A stretch of DNA of 64,000 bases from Diplonema japonicum (GCA_964019335.1 OZ025725.1:396156-460155), one strand, 5' to 3'. Counted from the first letter of the stretch, positions 45,342 through 59,669 are shown. Translations and numbers: made by a program. The notes: generated by a model from the letters alone, not told the origin.

Positions 45342-48300
45342 ATGTCGTCAAGCCCAAGAAGGGATTACAGAGAAGCCTCACCGTCGATCAGAAGGAGTAG
45401 AAGTAGGCCAAGTGCGCCTTTGCATCCATTGATCCAGAAGCACCAGGACAGTACCACTTACATAGGATGTACCGCTGAGCCCTGCTACGTTGAGAAGGCA
45501 GGCAGCAACGTCAAGTATTCAGTCGAGTCGAGTTGTTCTGCGAAGCTGAAGTTCACAAAGCCTATCGGAAGCAGTGACTCCTTCTTTCGATGTCTTGCAA
45601 AGGTGAAGGACGTGGTATGGGTGGCCGAAACCGACGGCAGCATATCCATCCGTGACGCCAAAACAGCTGAAGTGAAACGTGTGATCGAGACGTCGGGGTT
45701 AGCAAGCTCCCTCAGTGCCCGGGTGCAGGTCACGTCAGACTCATACTGCACGCGGGCCCCTGGACACATCCTCAGCTTGTTGGCTGTTGCCGACAAGGTG
45801 TGGGCCGGTGCCAACGACGGAAAGGTTCACATCTACTCTCTCGCAGGCCGGCGAGAGGTGGAACTCAAACACCACACAGGCCCCATCACAAGCTTGGTGG
45901 AGGCACATGGGAAGGTATACTCAGGCTCGTCTGACTTCAAGATCTGCATGTGGGATGTCGTGAAACAGTCATTCGTAAAGATGCTTCACGGCCACAAGAT
46001 GGCTGTGCGGTGCTTGCGCGCCAGCGATGCGTTGCTCTTTTCGGGATCCGATGACAAAACCGTCAACGTATGGTCGCTGGCGCAGCAGGGCCAGGGGCAG
46101 GGACAGGGCCCACTGAAAACGCTAACCGGACACAGGGGGGACGTGCTGGCATTGGACACATGCGCAGGTCACCTGTGGTCTGGGTCTGTCGACTGTTCCA
46201 TCAGAGTGTGGAACTATCAAACAGGTGAATGCAAAGCCGTGCTCCCCCACCATACCGGATGGGTGCATGTTCTGCGTGCTATGGGCAACAAGGTTTGGTC
46301 CGCTTCGCACGATGGTTCAATCTGCATCTGGAGCGGTAAGACAATGTCGCTGCTGCATAAGATAGAGTCACCACATGAAGGGCTCTTGCAAGATGTGGCA
46401 CTGACGCAGGTGACGACAGAGACCTTGCTGTGGTCCATTGGGGGGGACCAGGTGGTGAGATTCTGGAACGTGCACGAGGTGAACAAAGAGGACTATAAAG
46501 AATGGGACGGTCTTGAGGCTGGCAAGGAGAAAATGCTTCTCCTGGAAAACGGTATTGCAGAGCATCAGACAAAAAATTTAAGGCTCATGGAGATGCTGGA
46601 GACGGCACACGGGCTGCTAGTCAAAGAGAAGGAAGAGCGAGAGGCCGTTGCTGCAAGAGTGAGCCAGCTTGAGTGCGAAATTGAAGAGAAGAACCAGCAG
46701 GTGGACCATATGACGAAAGGTTTTGAAGCACTTGCTGAGAAACACGACAAAATGCGCGTAATGTCGAATGTGTTCCGCGACAACGTGCAGGCCATGCTTG
46801 ACGAGAGGAGGCAGACTTCCGAGTCGCCAGACAACTGGAACACGTTGCCTCCCGGTGCAGATCTAAAGAAGGCCTTCGTAAAGATACAGGAGCTGAAAGA
46901 GGACAACAATAGACTGCTAAATGCGCTTCAGGGCGGTGACAACGAGAAATTATCGGAAGAGGTGAAACGGCTGCAGCAGCTTCTTGAGATGCGTACATGC
47001 ATCGTCGAGTCTCTGAAGAAAAAGAGGTCCGAAGGCACCGTGTTGACGGGTGGGATTGATGACGATCCCATGGAATACACTCCACACTTGGCAAACCCAC
47101 TAGAGACGGGGGATGAGGTGCTAAAAGGGATCCACTTGAAAGACATGCTCGACACAACTATCAGACAGCTGTCGCGAAAATGCAGTGTGCTGAAAGCCGT
47201 GCTACCGATGCTTGGGGACGACGCAGGACACCTTAAAGACCTAGTGGAACACGAGGCAAACAACTTTGGCGTTAGTGAATGCGAGGTTGGTCTGGACACC
47301 GGTTCTACAACAGCGATGTCACTCGAAGCAGAGTTAGCTCAAGGCGCAACACTTGATATTGATAGGTTCAGCAAGATGCAGGCGGCGTTGCATCATACAG
47401 AATCTACTTACAAAGCTAAGCTCGATCAGTTAAAAGCACACTTGGCAGAGCGTGAGGGGGAACTGCAGACTCTCCGCAAGCAACTTGTCTCGCGGCCGCA
47501 GCCGACCTCCTTCAACGACACAGAGTTCAACAAGGACTCGCTCGAGATAGAGCTTGCCGCGACCGTCGCTGAGAAGGCCATAGCAGAGCAAACGCAAGAC
47601 CAGCTCCAACAAGACGTCAGGGAGTTGACAGAACAGCTGCGAGAAAAGGTATCGTGGAAAAAAGAAATAAAAAACAACCAACAGGACGAACAAGTATGCA
47701 GCCTGACTGAATTGCTGCAGCAAAAAGAAGCTGTTACCACGGGCAGCCATGAGTCGTTGATGACGTTACAGGTGTGGTGGCACAAAAGATCTTATGTATA
47801 AAATACAGAAATGCTTGGACGAGACTGCTTTGAAATGCGATGAGCTGCAGGAAGAGAAGGCGCAAATGGAGAAAACCCTGCAGCACATGTTCATACGCAG
47901 CGCTTCAGTAGAGGTGGCGATCAACGATACGGTAGAGGTTGCTCAAGTACAAGTATGCTAGATTACCGTCGCAACAAATGAAACAGAGCTGCGACGGCAA
48001 CTTGGTAACAGTGCTGTGCTGTGGGCTGACGATGGACCTTCCCGTGAGTAGCATAAGGAGTTTCAAACTGAGAAAAGAAGAAGAGCTCCAGGAAGAGGTT
48101 ACAAAGCTGGAAACAGAGATGCAAACAATGGAGGTATGTAATGAACAACTATATATCAAGCATCAATAGAACGATCAGAAATCCTTGAAATCATCGATCA
48201 CGGGGTTAGAGGAAGAGTTAAAGCTTAGCACCGGCAGTCATAGTCGTGTCGATCAGCTCGAGGATATGCTCGAGACTGCGGAGCAGAAGAACAGACAGCT

Positions 48301-50081
48301 CAAGGAGCAGATGGTATGCCTTGTGATGAAGCGGTAATGCCAAATAGAAATCGCGTGTCAAGATGATCGAGGAAGGCTTGGCAGAGGCAAAGCAAGCAAG
48401 AGTTGAGAAAGACGCTGAAACATCAAGATTGCAGCACGAAACGGAGCAGCTAAGCATAGAGCTGCAGAAAGAACAGGATGCAAGGGACCAGCTACTGTCC
48501 GAAATACAACTTTTGAAGGAAGAACTCTCACTGGCGAAGAACAGAGCTGCAAGTCTCTCTCAGCACGACGAGGTCGAGGTATGAAGCAACTTGTGACAAT
48601 GATATTCCTGCAGAAAGTTGAGAAGAAGCTCTCGTCTGCTCAGCAGAACATGTCTGATTTATATTCCGAACTGCAGGACGCGAACTGCACAATTGATGAC
48701 CTCAGGGCAGCAAGCATGGGGCACTCTGCCATCAGTAGCCAATTGTCCGTCGAGAGGGTATGCAGCTCCGCTTTGCACAATGCATACACAGGAACGCACC
48801 ATGGCATTAGGGAGACAGCTTGAACTTTCTGAAGGCAAAGTGAGAGAAGTGGAGCTCCGGCTGCAGCTGCAAGACAAAGAAGTTGAGCTCTTAAAAATGA
48901 AGCTCGAGAGACAGCCAAAGAAAGAGAGGATGGGTGAAGATTCTCTAACAGTTAGCAGCGAGCCGTCACCGAAGCACAGGCAACCGTCATTACCGAAGTC
49001 TGAGCCTAGGTCTGAAGCCGAGGATACCAGAGCCTCTCTGCAGACGGCACGTTCTAATATGGACGAGCTCAGGGCACAGGTAGACGAGGCGCAAAAGCGT
49101 GCCAGTGAAACACAGCAAACAGCTGAGCATCTCAGGTCGCAGACGAGACAGCTGCTCCCTCATGCCGTTCCTGTAAGAGTTTTGAAAACAAAGAAGTTCA
49201 AAAGTGGCAAGGTAGTCGAAGAGGGGAGCACTGGTGTCATCCTGCGCACGGAGGGCGACCAAGCCGGCACCATGCGCGTCAGGATGGATGTGGGCGATGT
49301 GGTGTTCGACTTCAAAACGAGTGATCTGGAGATTCTCGAGAGGTCGTCTTCCCCTGCGCCCCTGCCTCCGCCTCCGATGTCACCACATTCACCTAAGAAT
49401 CCGCATCTAGGCCCTATGATCAGGCTTAAGAGTGCTGTGCAAAGCGGAAGTAAGACTTGGCCTGTGGGGACCTGGGCACACGCCCTTCTGCACGATGAGG
49501 ACACACAGTCTTGTGCGTTGCAGATGATCCACAACAACAATGTGCCGAATATGCAGCCGCAGTTTGCTCACGAGGTGGCGAATAGCAAGATCGATTTCGT
49601 GGACCTGCCCGTGAAACTCTATGTGACGATTCCTCATAAGTCACCTGCCGACGGGTGCTACGTGCTGGTGGAGGGTGTGTTGCACAACGGGCTACCCATG
49701 TGGATGGCTGGGGACAGGATTATCCGTGCTAATCAGTACAACGCATGGATGATTGGTGATGTGAAGGAGCTTAGTAACGGTGCTGGCTGGGCCGTCTCGA
49801 AGTATCCCCATGACGGGCTCTTCCCGCACCTTGTCGACATCTGGCAAACATTTGTGAACCCCTCCGAGCCTTGGACAGATGACCTTACTGTGCGAGTCTC
49901 CCTCCGTCCCCTCATCAGGGGTGATGACACCGTGCACCGACACGCCATGTCCCCTAGGACGTCCCCTGCCATCGAGGCACAGAACGCCGCAAAAGCATTG
50001 AGCAAAATAAGCACCAGTGGGAGCTGGAGGAAACAGGCTAGCCAGGCGAGATCCCTACCCAGATCCCCTTCGTGTACGTAG
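45342..50081 (+). CDS. WD40 + long coiled-coil protein. Introns 47649-47684, 47772-47808, 47953-47986, 48134-48169, 48314-48347, 48579-48613, 48758-48791
   Basis: N-terminal WD40 repeats (SGSSDFKICMWD, SGSDDKTVNVWS, SGSVDCSIRVWN). Seven phase-0 introns of 34-37 nt join the coiled-coil ORF pieces in frame. Confidence 0.82.
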
Positions 50082-50181
50082 CCCATGTGTACCTACCATG
50101 TAATTGTATTGTAACCCTGTATTTTGTGTTCGTATTGTTCAGCTGTTAAACCCTTTTTCAGAATGGTAAAATGCGTTGCAA

Positions 50182-52083
50182 ATGGCTCAGCCAAAATTGC
50201 GCAGGAAACTGACCATCATCGAGAGAGGGAACAAGCTTCCGCTGTTAAATTTGAAAAGGAAGAATACGCTTAGGAGGCTTGGTTCATCGGCTAAGCTTGG
50301 GAAAACGATTGGTGTCTTGGATCCGATAGGCCACGGGAACAACAGCGAGAGCGTGCTGTGCAGCTTGGCAGAGGAGGGGCTGCTACAAGTGCTGGAAGAT
50401 GCTTTCAGGGATGCCATATTCTGTGGTGAAGAGCTTTTCATGGAACCGCCAAGACTTACGGTGGAAAGGTTCAGGCTATGGATAAAGGAGGTCGGCTTGA
50501 CAGAAGTACACAAGGTTGGGTTCACGTTACCCAGCAAAGAGGTGAATCAAGAACTGAAAGAACCTCTACCGCCTGAGGGACGAGAGGCACAGCTGCTCAA
50601 CGCATTTGGACAAGTGGCGGCGACACCTACGGAGCACGGATCATACGTTGAAGGCATCCACAGCTTTGCAAGGATGCTGCAGTTGATCGCTGACATAATC
50701 GTACCTGATAAGAGCATGAAGCAACTTATGACCAGCTACATAGCACCGTACCATACGTGGCTCACAGCTCACAACGCTTCGTGGGATGGGTATGGCATCG
50801 ATGCCGACATGGAGGTCAAGCTTATGCTCCCCGACGTGTCGAGTGTGCTGACCGCATACGAAAAAGTGTTGCAGGGTGTGTTTGATGTGTACAGAAGAAA
50901 GTCCACGCACTCTCTCGAGGACAAATGGTCGAAGCCTGGCAAGGCCGTGTACTCTACTGTAATCGAAACAGAAGAACTACGGTCGCTGTTGAAAACCACC
51001 AGAGTGTTCCCGACCCTGATAGCATACTGTGACATCATCACTTTGGCTTGTGCGTGCAACAAGCATGTTGTTACCTCGCAAACACTAACACTTGGGATGC
51101 CATCCAAGGACACTTGCACGCACGTGCAGCGGGTTGACCCTGCCTTTGCAAACTTGGACTTCAGAGGATTTCTTGAATTTCTCATACGTTTAGCGCAGAA
51201 GTGCCACCGAAACAGCGACTTACCGTCACTGGGCAGCAGGTTGGAAAAGATGTTGCGCAGTTGGGACTGGATGTATGAAATGCACTTCCGCAGGCAGGTA
51301 CTTGCTGATGTGCACAGGGTTAAGAACTTCCCCACCTTGCTGAATGTAGAGCCAAGCCTTTTGCGCAGTGGAGAGGCAACCAATGTCACGTATGAGTTAT
51401 GTTGATGACACACACACACAGGGTGACGGGAACTGGTTTCACCTCTAAGAGTGCTTTGTATGTCAAGGTCGGGACAAACGTTGTGAACGCAGCTGAAGTG
51501 ACAGACACTTCGGCAACATCTTTACTTCCTGCTTACCATATCTCAAAGGACACAGTTGCCAACGTGCGCTGCATCCAGGTGAATGCCGGCAGTGTAATGC
51601 ATGTCACAAAAAGCACAGTGCTGCCATTATCGGTGTCGATAAACGGTTTTAACTACAGTCGAGAAACTGTCAATATTACAGTCGAGCTGAAGGAGCCGCC
51701 GTTTGTGATTAATTGCACAACACAGGCTGGGCTGCACAAGATATTCCTAAAATACACAAAGCAGTGCGGAGCGTACAACGTGACGCATATTAGCCACGCC
51801 TCGTGGGAGCAATTCAAGGTGGACCACCATCTGGAAGAAAGGCTGCAGAATGCCAAGCCCGTGTCATGGCTCCCAGCGCATGGCGAAGTTGTGACGAATG
51901 AGGGCCGAGATGACTACGCAGTCATCGCAGCGGTATGCAACCGGAATTGGCACATCGCCACAGACCTTTACGCACTTCTTGGAGCTATTGACGATGACCA
52001 TCTACCACATGGAGCTCGACCCTGCACAGACTCTCTACCTGATTTCCTTGCACGGAGCTGGTTGGCAGGAGCAGCAGCAGTGA
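50182..52083 (+). CDS. Hypothetical protein with IPT/TIG-like domain. Introns 51390-51421, 51933-51963
   Basis: Splicing creates VEPSLLRSGEATNVTVTGTGF, an IPT/TIG-like signature, with LSVSINGFNY downstream. Confidence 0.72.
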
Positions 52084-52161
52084 CTTCCGTCATTTGTGAC
52101 CTTCATTTATTTCCCCCCTTACCAACCCATCATCATTAACAGGGAGGTATCGCCAGCAACA

Positions 52162-52851
52162 ATGTCGAGTGCCGAGATAATAAAGAAGATTGAGCAGCTG
52201 CCGTACGAGACGTCTGAGATGAAGTCTGCGGTGCTTGTTGCGTCTATTGTGCAGGACTTCGGTCCTATTGTCGAGGGGCTGATGGACGTAGACAAAGAGC
52301 TGCTTGCGAAGACGCTGGTTTCTCACTCGAAGGCGAAGCAGGAAGGCGGCCTAACCTCTGATGACTACGGGAAGATAAAGGATTTAGCTCTGAGCAGTGA
52401 AGAGAGAGATGCCGCACTAAGAGAGAGGGAGAGGGTTCTCGAGCCTTGCACGTTAAACGAACAGGAACGACAGAAGCTCTTTGCAGAGTGCCAGGAAAAG
52501 GTATGCAGCTGTGCTAATGTGTATGGGACTACAGATCGATTCAGCGTTCAGCGAGGCACAAGACAGAATAGTTGAACTTGGGAAAAGGAGGGATGGAGTA
52601 GAACCGGTATGTGCTTGATTCTGCAGCACACAAGACAGGATTCCGTGGAGGACAGAAAACTAGAGAAGGAAATGGAGTCGTTGTTCGAGATTACAGAAGA
52701 TGCCAGAAAGCTGACAGCCATGTGGGAGATGGGTACAGGCAAGGTGTACAGCGAAACCTTTTGGTCGACTCTTGTACTTGAAACAGATCCCATGTTGAAC
52801 AAGGACCTAATCGGGCTTGCTGACATATGGGACGACGACACAGACAGCTGA
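52162..52851 (+). CDS. Hypothetical helical protein. Introns 52501-52534, 52607-52638
   Basis: Two GTATG..CAG introns join three exons in frame (339, 72 and 213 nt). Confidence 0.7.
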
Positions 52852-52924
52852 TGCTGTTCGGCTTAGGGTAGTTGTTTCCATTCGATAGTGAAGATAATGA
52901 TTCATATTTAACTAGATAACGAAA

Positions 52925-53329
52925 ATGAAGATGAATGGGCCTCTGTTCAACGGCGATAAGCTGAATATCCCCGTGACAGTTGTGGATCAGCACTGCGGAG
53001 GGCTTATGCATCAGGCATACGCATGCGGCGAGGAGTTTGGGAAGGGGTCTGAGCAGTGCAAGGGTATTGAACAAGCAACTAACAACTGCATTAAAATGGC
53101 CGTCTACAACTACGTGGCCATTCGTAAGATGTGCAAACGAGAGTATTCCGCATGGGCCACATGTATGGACAACGCCGCGGAGCATAATTACTCACCTGAG
53201 ATGGCAGACAGCGAGTGCTCTGTGTTCCGTGCTCCTCTCGACTCATGTTCCGAGGAGATAGCAGAGGTAGCCGCAGTGACAGCGATCGAGAGGGGGATAG
53301 CTCCTAAAGATATCCCTGAGCAGAAATGA
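52925..53329 (+). CDS. Quadruple CX9C mitochondrial intermembrane-space protein (NDUFA8-like or CHCHD5/Mix14-like)
   Basis: Four exact CX9C motifs: CGGLMHQAYAC, CKGIEQATNNC, CKREYSAWATC and CSVFRAPLDSC. Confidence 0.78.
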   Translation: MKMNGPLFNGDKLNIPVTVVDQHCGGLMHQAYACGEEFGKGSEQCKGIEQATNNCIKMAVYNYVAIRKMCKREYSAWATCMDNAAEHNYSPEMADSECSVFRAPLDSCSEEIAEVAAVTAIERGIAPKDIPEQK

Positions 53330-53390
53330 ATACGTATTCTTTTGTATTGTAATTACAAATACCCCCTTCCCAACCTTCAAAACAGCAACT

Positions 53391-56300
53391 ATGTTCCCTC
53401 TTGCCCTCGGCGTTCTGACGCTGGCAGCATTCCCAACGCCACCCAGTCCTGCCATCCCTGCCAGCATCACTGTCGCAGCGGACTCGGTGTGCACTAGGGA
53501 CTACACGGCCATCCCGCCGTATGGTAAAACGTGGGCTGCAGACGGTGGCACTGTAACTGTTGGGGCGGAGACAGTCTTCAAAACAGCACCTGGTAAGCAA
53601 CGGCACTTCTATCTGAAATTCAACAGCGCACTTGACCACCTAATGCGGGATATGACCTACACTATCAAGTTCGACATGAAGTTGTCCCAGGGCGGTGCAA
53701 CATCAAACCCCAATCCCAGTTTAAAATTCCCCCCTGGCGTGATGATTCACTCGGAGGAGGGCAGGAAGTATGCAATCAAGGACTTTGAGTCAAAGAGCAA
53801 CCTGACGGCAGACAAACCGACTGCCATCGTCGACGAACGACAACTTGTCATGTCGGAGACAGATTTGGGCTCGGGTTGGTTCACCTATCAGATGCAGTGG
53901 GTGCCTTCGAAGACCGTTTACAAGCCCACGCAAATGATCTGGATTGACATGTTCCTCTCATCAAAGCCCGACACAGGTGTTGAGTGGGCGTTCCGCGACT
54001 TCTGCGTGACCAGAGAAAGTGAGGTCAGGAACCCTCCTCCTGCAGTACCCTCGTTCAATGAAAAGTTCGTAATTAAGAATCCATCATCGCCCTCTGCCAG
54101 CGAGTTGACAGTGCAATCCAACTGCCCGTGGGACGAGGCAGGGCTTGTTACATGGGAGAGCATATTCGGCACAATGTACACAGGGACGCTGACAGTGCCG
54201 GCCAATACCAAAGTGGTTGTGGGCCCCATGTCATTCGTGAGCTCGCCATATGAGAAGATCGTGGTTCCAGATACTTCTGAGCTGATTTTCAAGGATGACA
54301 GTATCTCACTGCTGGTCAGGGCTCTTGTAGTTAATGGGAAGCTGCGCATTGGCAGCCCCACCTGCAGGGTCGAGGGATTAGTGAGGATTACGTTCTGGGG
54401 GGGCAAGACCGATCCTGATTATCTCAACGGTTTCGGGACTAAGGGGCTTGCTGTAGTTGGACCTTCAGCAGAGGTGGACATGTTCGGAAGGAGGTATTTT
54501 CCAACGTGGTCTAGGCTTGCGAGAACAGGCCGTGCTGGGGACGACAGGGTGTACTTGCAAGAGGCAGTGAACTGGTACCCCGGGCAGGAGGTGGTCCTCA
54601 CGACCACTACATGGGATGACACAGGGCTGTCGCTAGAGCCGCAGAATGAAGTGATGGTTATTCAAGCTGTTGGGGGTGGTAAGATCGTGCAATTCACAGA
54701 ATCCATGCGTTTCTACCACTATGCTGGGAAAGAGTACCAGGGTGAGGTTGCGTTATTGACGCGCAACATCATGCTCGAAGGTGAGCCGGATGCCGATGGG
54801 TTTGGCGGCCATTTCATTGTCGCCGGGAAGAGAGGGAGGATAGCCGGTGTGGCGTCAAGGTACATGGGGCAGACGAACGTCATGGCGAGGTACCCTTTCC
54901 ATGTGCACTTGCTGGGGCAGAGTAGTGACTCGCTATTTTCGGATTGCGTGGCACGCGACACATACTTTCGTTGCTTCGTAATCCACGGGACGCACGGCAT
55001 GCTGGAGACAGAGAACGTTGCCTTCAACGCTACAGGGAACTGCTATTACGTGGAGGACGGTATTGAGGAGAACAACACAGTTAGCTACAATCTTGCCGCG
55101 TACGTGAAACCCATTGGAGCCCCTGCAGCAGGGGCTCAGAGAGTCGGTGAGACCATTATCGAGGATCTGAACCCTGGTGGGTTGACGTCTGGTCAGAGGG
55201 CCCAACCTGCAGATGCCTCGGCTGCTGGCTTTTACTTCTCAAACGCTTACAACACAATCATCGGGAAGTATGAAGCTTTTTTTTGAAGCTTTTTTTCACT
55301 TAATCACCACAGCTCTGCCTCAGGGGGATGGTCAGGGTTTGGTTTCCCCGGGCTTCCTAACACTATCGGGGCATACAAGGCAGACAAGACGTTGGCGCCT
55401 AATTCGCGCCCGTTGAAAGAATTTAATGGCAACACGGCGCACTCCACAGGATGGTACTGGAGCGTGGGGGGAACCTGTTTCTACGCAGGCGGCGAGCTGT
55501 CGTACCAGAGCGATGGGAGGTTGAAATACGTCAGTGGGAACATGGCGCGAAACACACGTGTGGAGATTTCACCCACCTACAGACACTGGGAGGGGACACC
55601 GCTGTTCATGGAGTACAAGAATCTCTTAGGGTACGGGTGCAACAAGGGATTCCTGCAATGGGGCAAAAGGACGGACGTGAGTCAGTTTGAATTCCACGAC
55701 GTGGCAAGGTCTTACGCTGTGTTCGGCGACGCTGCGCTGACAAACGGGTTGATCAACGGGCTCAGCGACAACATCGACTCTGGCTTCGGAGAGATGCACC
55801 ATGACGGGTTCCAGTTCTACGACAAGTCTGTGGCCACTATTGTGTCAGATGTGGAATTCAGAAACTACCAGCCAGAGAAGTGTCGCGACATCCACACAGC
55901 CGACGAGATCAACTACGTAGAGAGCGACACCCTTTGCAGTCGAGATGTGGCCGCAGGTGCCAAGCTCTTTCATCACCAAAACGTCGTTTGGTCAGCGCTA
56001 TTTGAGTCCGACCAGGAGAAGCCAGAGCAGATCAGCGCAACAAATAAAATACGTTACACGAACGTGGACAAGGACAGGTTGATAAGCACTAAGATATCCG
56101 AGTCAGGCGGGTCAAGGTACTTCAACTTCGTTGACTTCGATGGTTCGGCAGTTGAAGAGATGCGGCCCACTATCGTGGGTTCGCACATGTCATGGTGGCA
56201 CGTGTGTGACGACTGCCGATTCGAATCCAGGTGGCAAACATGGCTGTGTCCGAAGGTTCCTGGTGGGGGCTTTGCTGAGCGGGAGGTTGCTCATATCCTG

Positions 56301-58331
56301 GTCGAAACCCCTGACATCCTGCCCGCCAATGGCGGTATCGGCCACAGAAGGTCGTGTGACACAACGGGATACTATGACTACAGCAAATGTACAATCGGGT
56401 ATTCGGCACTGTGGGGCCATGGCCCCCTCTACGGAGACACCTTGCGGTCTTCGCCGCTCACACAAAACGCTGGCGTGACAGGCATCACCGGAACTGGGTG
56501 GTACTTCTGGTTTAACGGAGGGTCTCCTGCCTACATCAAGATACAGCCTAGGCAGATACCTAAGACCGCGAAGTTGCGTGTGGCATTCAGCTTTCCGTCA
56601 GGGACGACCTTCACAATCAACGGTGACGACGACGACTACAAGTCGATCATGGTGCCCTTCACAGCGGCAGCCGACATGGCTGACCTGGAAGCCAACCCGG
56701 AAGACAAGTACTACTTTGATGGGGCCACGCTATTCCTGATCCCAAAGTTATATCCTACTCTTGAGACCCCCCGCTTCGAGAAGGGTGGTGCATGGATTTA
56801 TCAGAGATATGATTATTATAACATTAAGATCAGGGCAAGCTGTGCTACTAGTTCCAACGGCTTCTGCAGTGCCATGCCTACTGAAGCAGTACCAGCATGG
56901 ATGGGAGGCTGCCCGAACGATCCTACCCCTAGTCCTCCAACTGCGGTACCGGACACAATTGCACCTACTGCGATACCGACAACCGTACCGACAGCTGTAC
57001 CGACGGATGTACCAACAGCCGTACCGACAACTGTACCGACGGCCATACCAACGACTGTTCCGACTGCCATTCCCACTGCCCTCCCTACAATTGCACCTAC
57101 TGCGATACCGACAACCGTACCAACAACTGTACCGACGGATGCACCAACAGCCGTACCGACAACTGTACCGACGGCCATACCAACGACTGTTCCGACTGCC
57201 ATTCCCACTGCCCTCCCAACGGTAACACCAACGGCAATGCCAACTGCTGTGCCCACAGTGTTCCCCACTGCCCCCCCTACAGTGACACCAACAGCTGTGC
57301 CCACAGCGGCGCCCACAACAACGCCACCGACTGCTGCATCAACGGTTGCCCCAGGATCCACAGCAATGCCGACAAGTGCACCAACTGGTACACCTACGGA
57401 AACACCTACAGCTGTGCCTACTTTATCTCCGACTGTTGTTCCTACGGATATCCCAACTGCCGCTCCAACGGCGGCTCCTGGATCACCAACAGCAGCACCC
57501 ACGTCTGTGCCAACAGTAGCACCAGGCACAGTTGTGCTCACGTCACCTCCTACGACTGTTCCGACAGCTGCCCCCAGATCTACATCCGTGCCGACAACCG
57601 CTGTACCAACAACCACAGAACCAACAACATCGCCGACAGGCACGACAGCTGTTCCGACTACTGTTACGCCAAACTCGACCACACTTGCCCCGGCAGGTAG
57701 TCCCACACGAACCCCCGTTTCTACATCGGCACCTGGATTGAAAACAACAGCTTCGCCGACACTGCCACCTACGCTCGTTCCTGACTCTCAATTAACAGCT
57801 GTACCCACGCAGACTCCAGCTACACTCCCCCCCGGATCAACAGCTGTACCAACCCAAGCTCCCGCCCTTACCACTGCCCCATCAGCAACTGGTACACCAA
57901 TACAAAGCTCCCCGGCGCCACGCACTACGCGGCCTACAACCATGGCTCCCACTAAAAGTACCAGCACACCGACGCAGTCTCCTGGTGGAATTGGTTGCAA
58001 AAACTGTAGTGGTTGGGTTGAATGTGCTCAGAGGAAGTGTGTTGCTAGCAGATGTATCTTGCAGGAAGTACGCCACAATGAAGCCTGTGGTGAAAGTGGC
58101 GTCTGCAAGTCCGGTGTTTGCACGGGTGCCGCACTTGTCCCTGAAGCAGGGAGTGACGATAGCAGCAGCAACTCATGGATATGGATCGTGATCGGTGTCG
58201 CTGCCCTCCTGCTGTGCGGGTTGGCAGCTGGCACTCTTGCGTGGAGAAAGCGTCGCGAGGAGCTTTCATTAGGTGAGATGCTTGGTGTGTTGGAGATGCA
58301 GGAGCCGGATGCGGAGACAGCCAGGCTGTAG
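53391..58331 (+). CDS. Type I membrane protein: signal peptide, G8 domain, CEMIP/PKHD1-like beta-helix, PT-repeat stalk, Cys-rich module, transmembrane helix. Intron 55268-55312
   Basis: GKLRIGSPTC (G8), EVALLTRNI, MGQTNVMARYPFHVH, RCFVIHGTH, CYYVEDGIEENN. Splicing gives IIGNSASGGWSGF. TM segment WIWIVIGVAALLLCGLAAG. Confidence 0.9.
56955..57218 (+). repeat. Two near-identical 132-bp tandem units within a 12-bp-period PT repeat (about 56930-57980)
   Basis: ACAATTGCACCTACTGCGATACCGACAACC... begins at both 56955 and 57087. Confidence 0.85.
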
Positions 58332-59277
58332 CTACCAGATATGAATGTGAAGTGAAACCAATGAACATCAGGCTTATGTGTTATCAGTGTTGCTTTTCTA
58401 TCTATTCACCCCACGTGCTTGTCAGCCGGATTTGCTTCCTGGCAGTATGAGATGTCGGCTGAAGCTTCTGCTCTGCCTTCTTTGCCCTGCTGTTCCCCAG
58501 CTGCCCCAGGCAGATGGTTGCAGGCCCACTACTAGCGTCGCCACAAGCATGTTACACCACTGCGTGAAATAAGGTTGCTTATCTCGTTGCAACAGCTCCT
58601 TTCATGAGGTGCTTTTTTTGTGAGATTCCCACCATACCCTTGTGCCTTTATTAGTTATTTTTCGGGTTCAAAGATTACACCTTCATAATTTCCTGTTTCC
58701 TCCCCTTTTCAGTATTCTATGAAAGAAAGAAGTTTAGTTTGAGGAGAATGTTCTTTTGGTTGAGGTTTTAGTTATTTTTGTCGGTGGGCACCAACCAGCG
58801 CATCGCAAAAATAGATCGTGCTTTTTTTTTTCTTCTTCTTTTTCCTTATTTCTGAGGAACGATAAAAGAACAACAGCGGTGTTTTCCTTTTCTCCCCCCC
58901 TTTCAATTAACGTGCTTTGGATTCCCTTTCGCTTCCAGTTCCCCTATTCTTAAGTGCCTGCCCACTCGTACTGCTGTTTCCCCCCCACAAAGTGGGACAT
59001 GGGAACGAAAGCAAGAAAAACTGTCAGTGATCAGCTCCCCCTCCTAATTATTCCTCCGTTGGTCGTTTCGCTTGGATGAAGAATGAATTATAACATAGAT
59101 AAACGAAAAAAAAAAGTTTCTCCTTTTAAGTAATTGATATCGTCCCCACACGGCCATTAGCGGACTATGTTGAAGTAAGAGTTCGGATACCTCTTTCGCC
59201 CAATATCTAGCTCCTTTTTCTTTCCCCCCCAGAAAGAAATACGGGATGAAACCTAATGAAACATACTTTTCTTTTGG

Positions 59278-59308
<31 letters not shown>

Positions 59309-59669
59309 CTTTGCGTTTTCCTTCCGGGAATCCTACACTGCCCCTCCCAGTTTTGAGATGTTTTTTTATCCGCAGCTTGATACGGGCTGGCACACAAACG
59401 GATACTACCGAAATCATTTCAAACTTGGCGGGTGGCGCGGCAGATGAATGCTTCATCGGCAGCGACGTTACTTTTGCGTCGTTGAGTTTATCTTTCTTCT
59501 TTTGTGGATGGGGGCAGTACCTCACCCTAATTTACTGGTATGCTAGTAAGACCAGTGGTGGATGTACTGCCACGCATGCCAACTTGTTTTCTTCTTCACC
59601 CGATTTTGCTATTGTTTCCTCTTTCCCTTTTCTTTTTTTCACGCACCCAACAAAAAGGTTTAAAAGAAA

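Noticed and set aside
58421-58462. TCAGCCG..CGGCTGA hairpin as snoRNA or SECIS
   Set aside because: No AGA/ACA box or SECIS core in the right place, and no in-frame UGA in the upstream gene.
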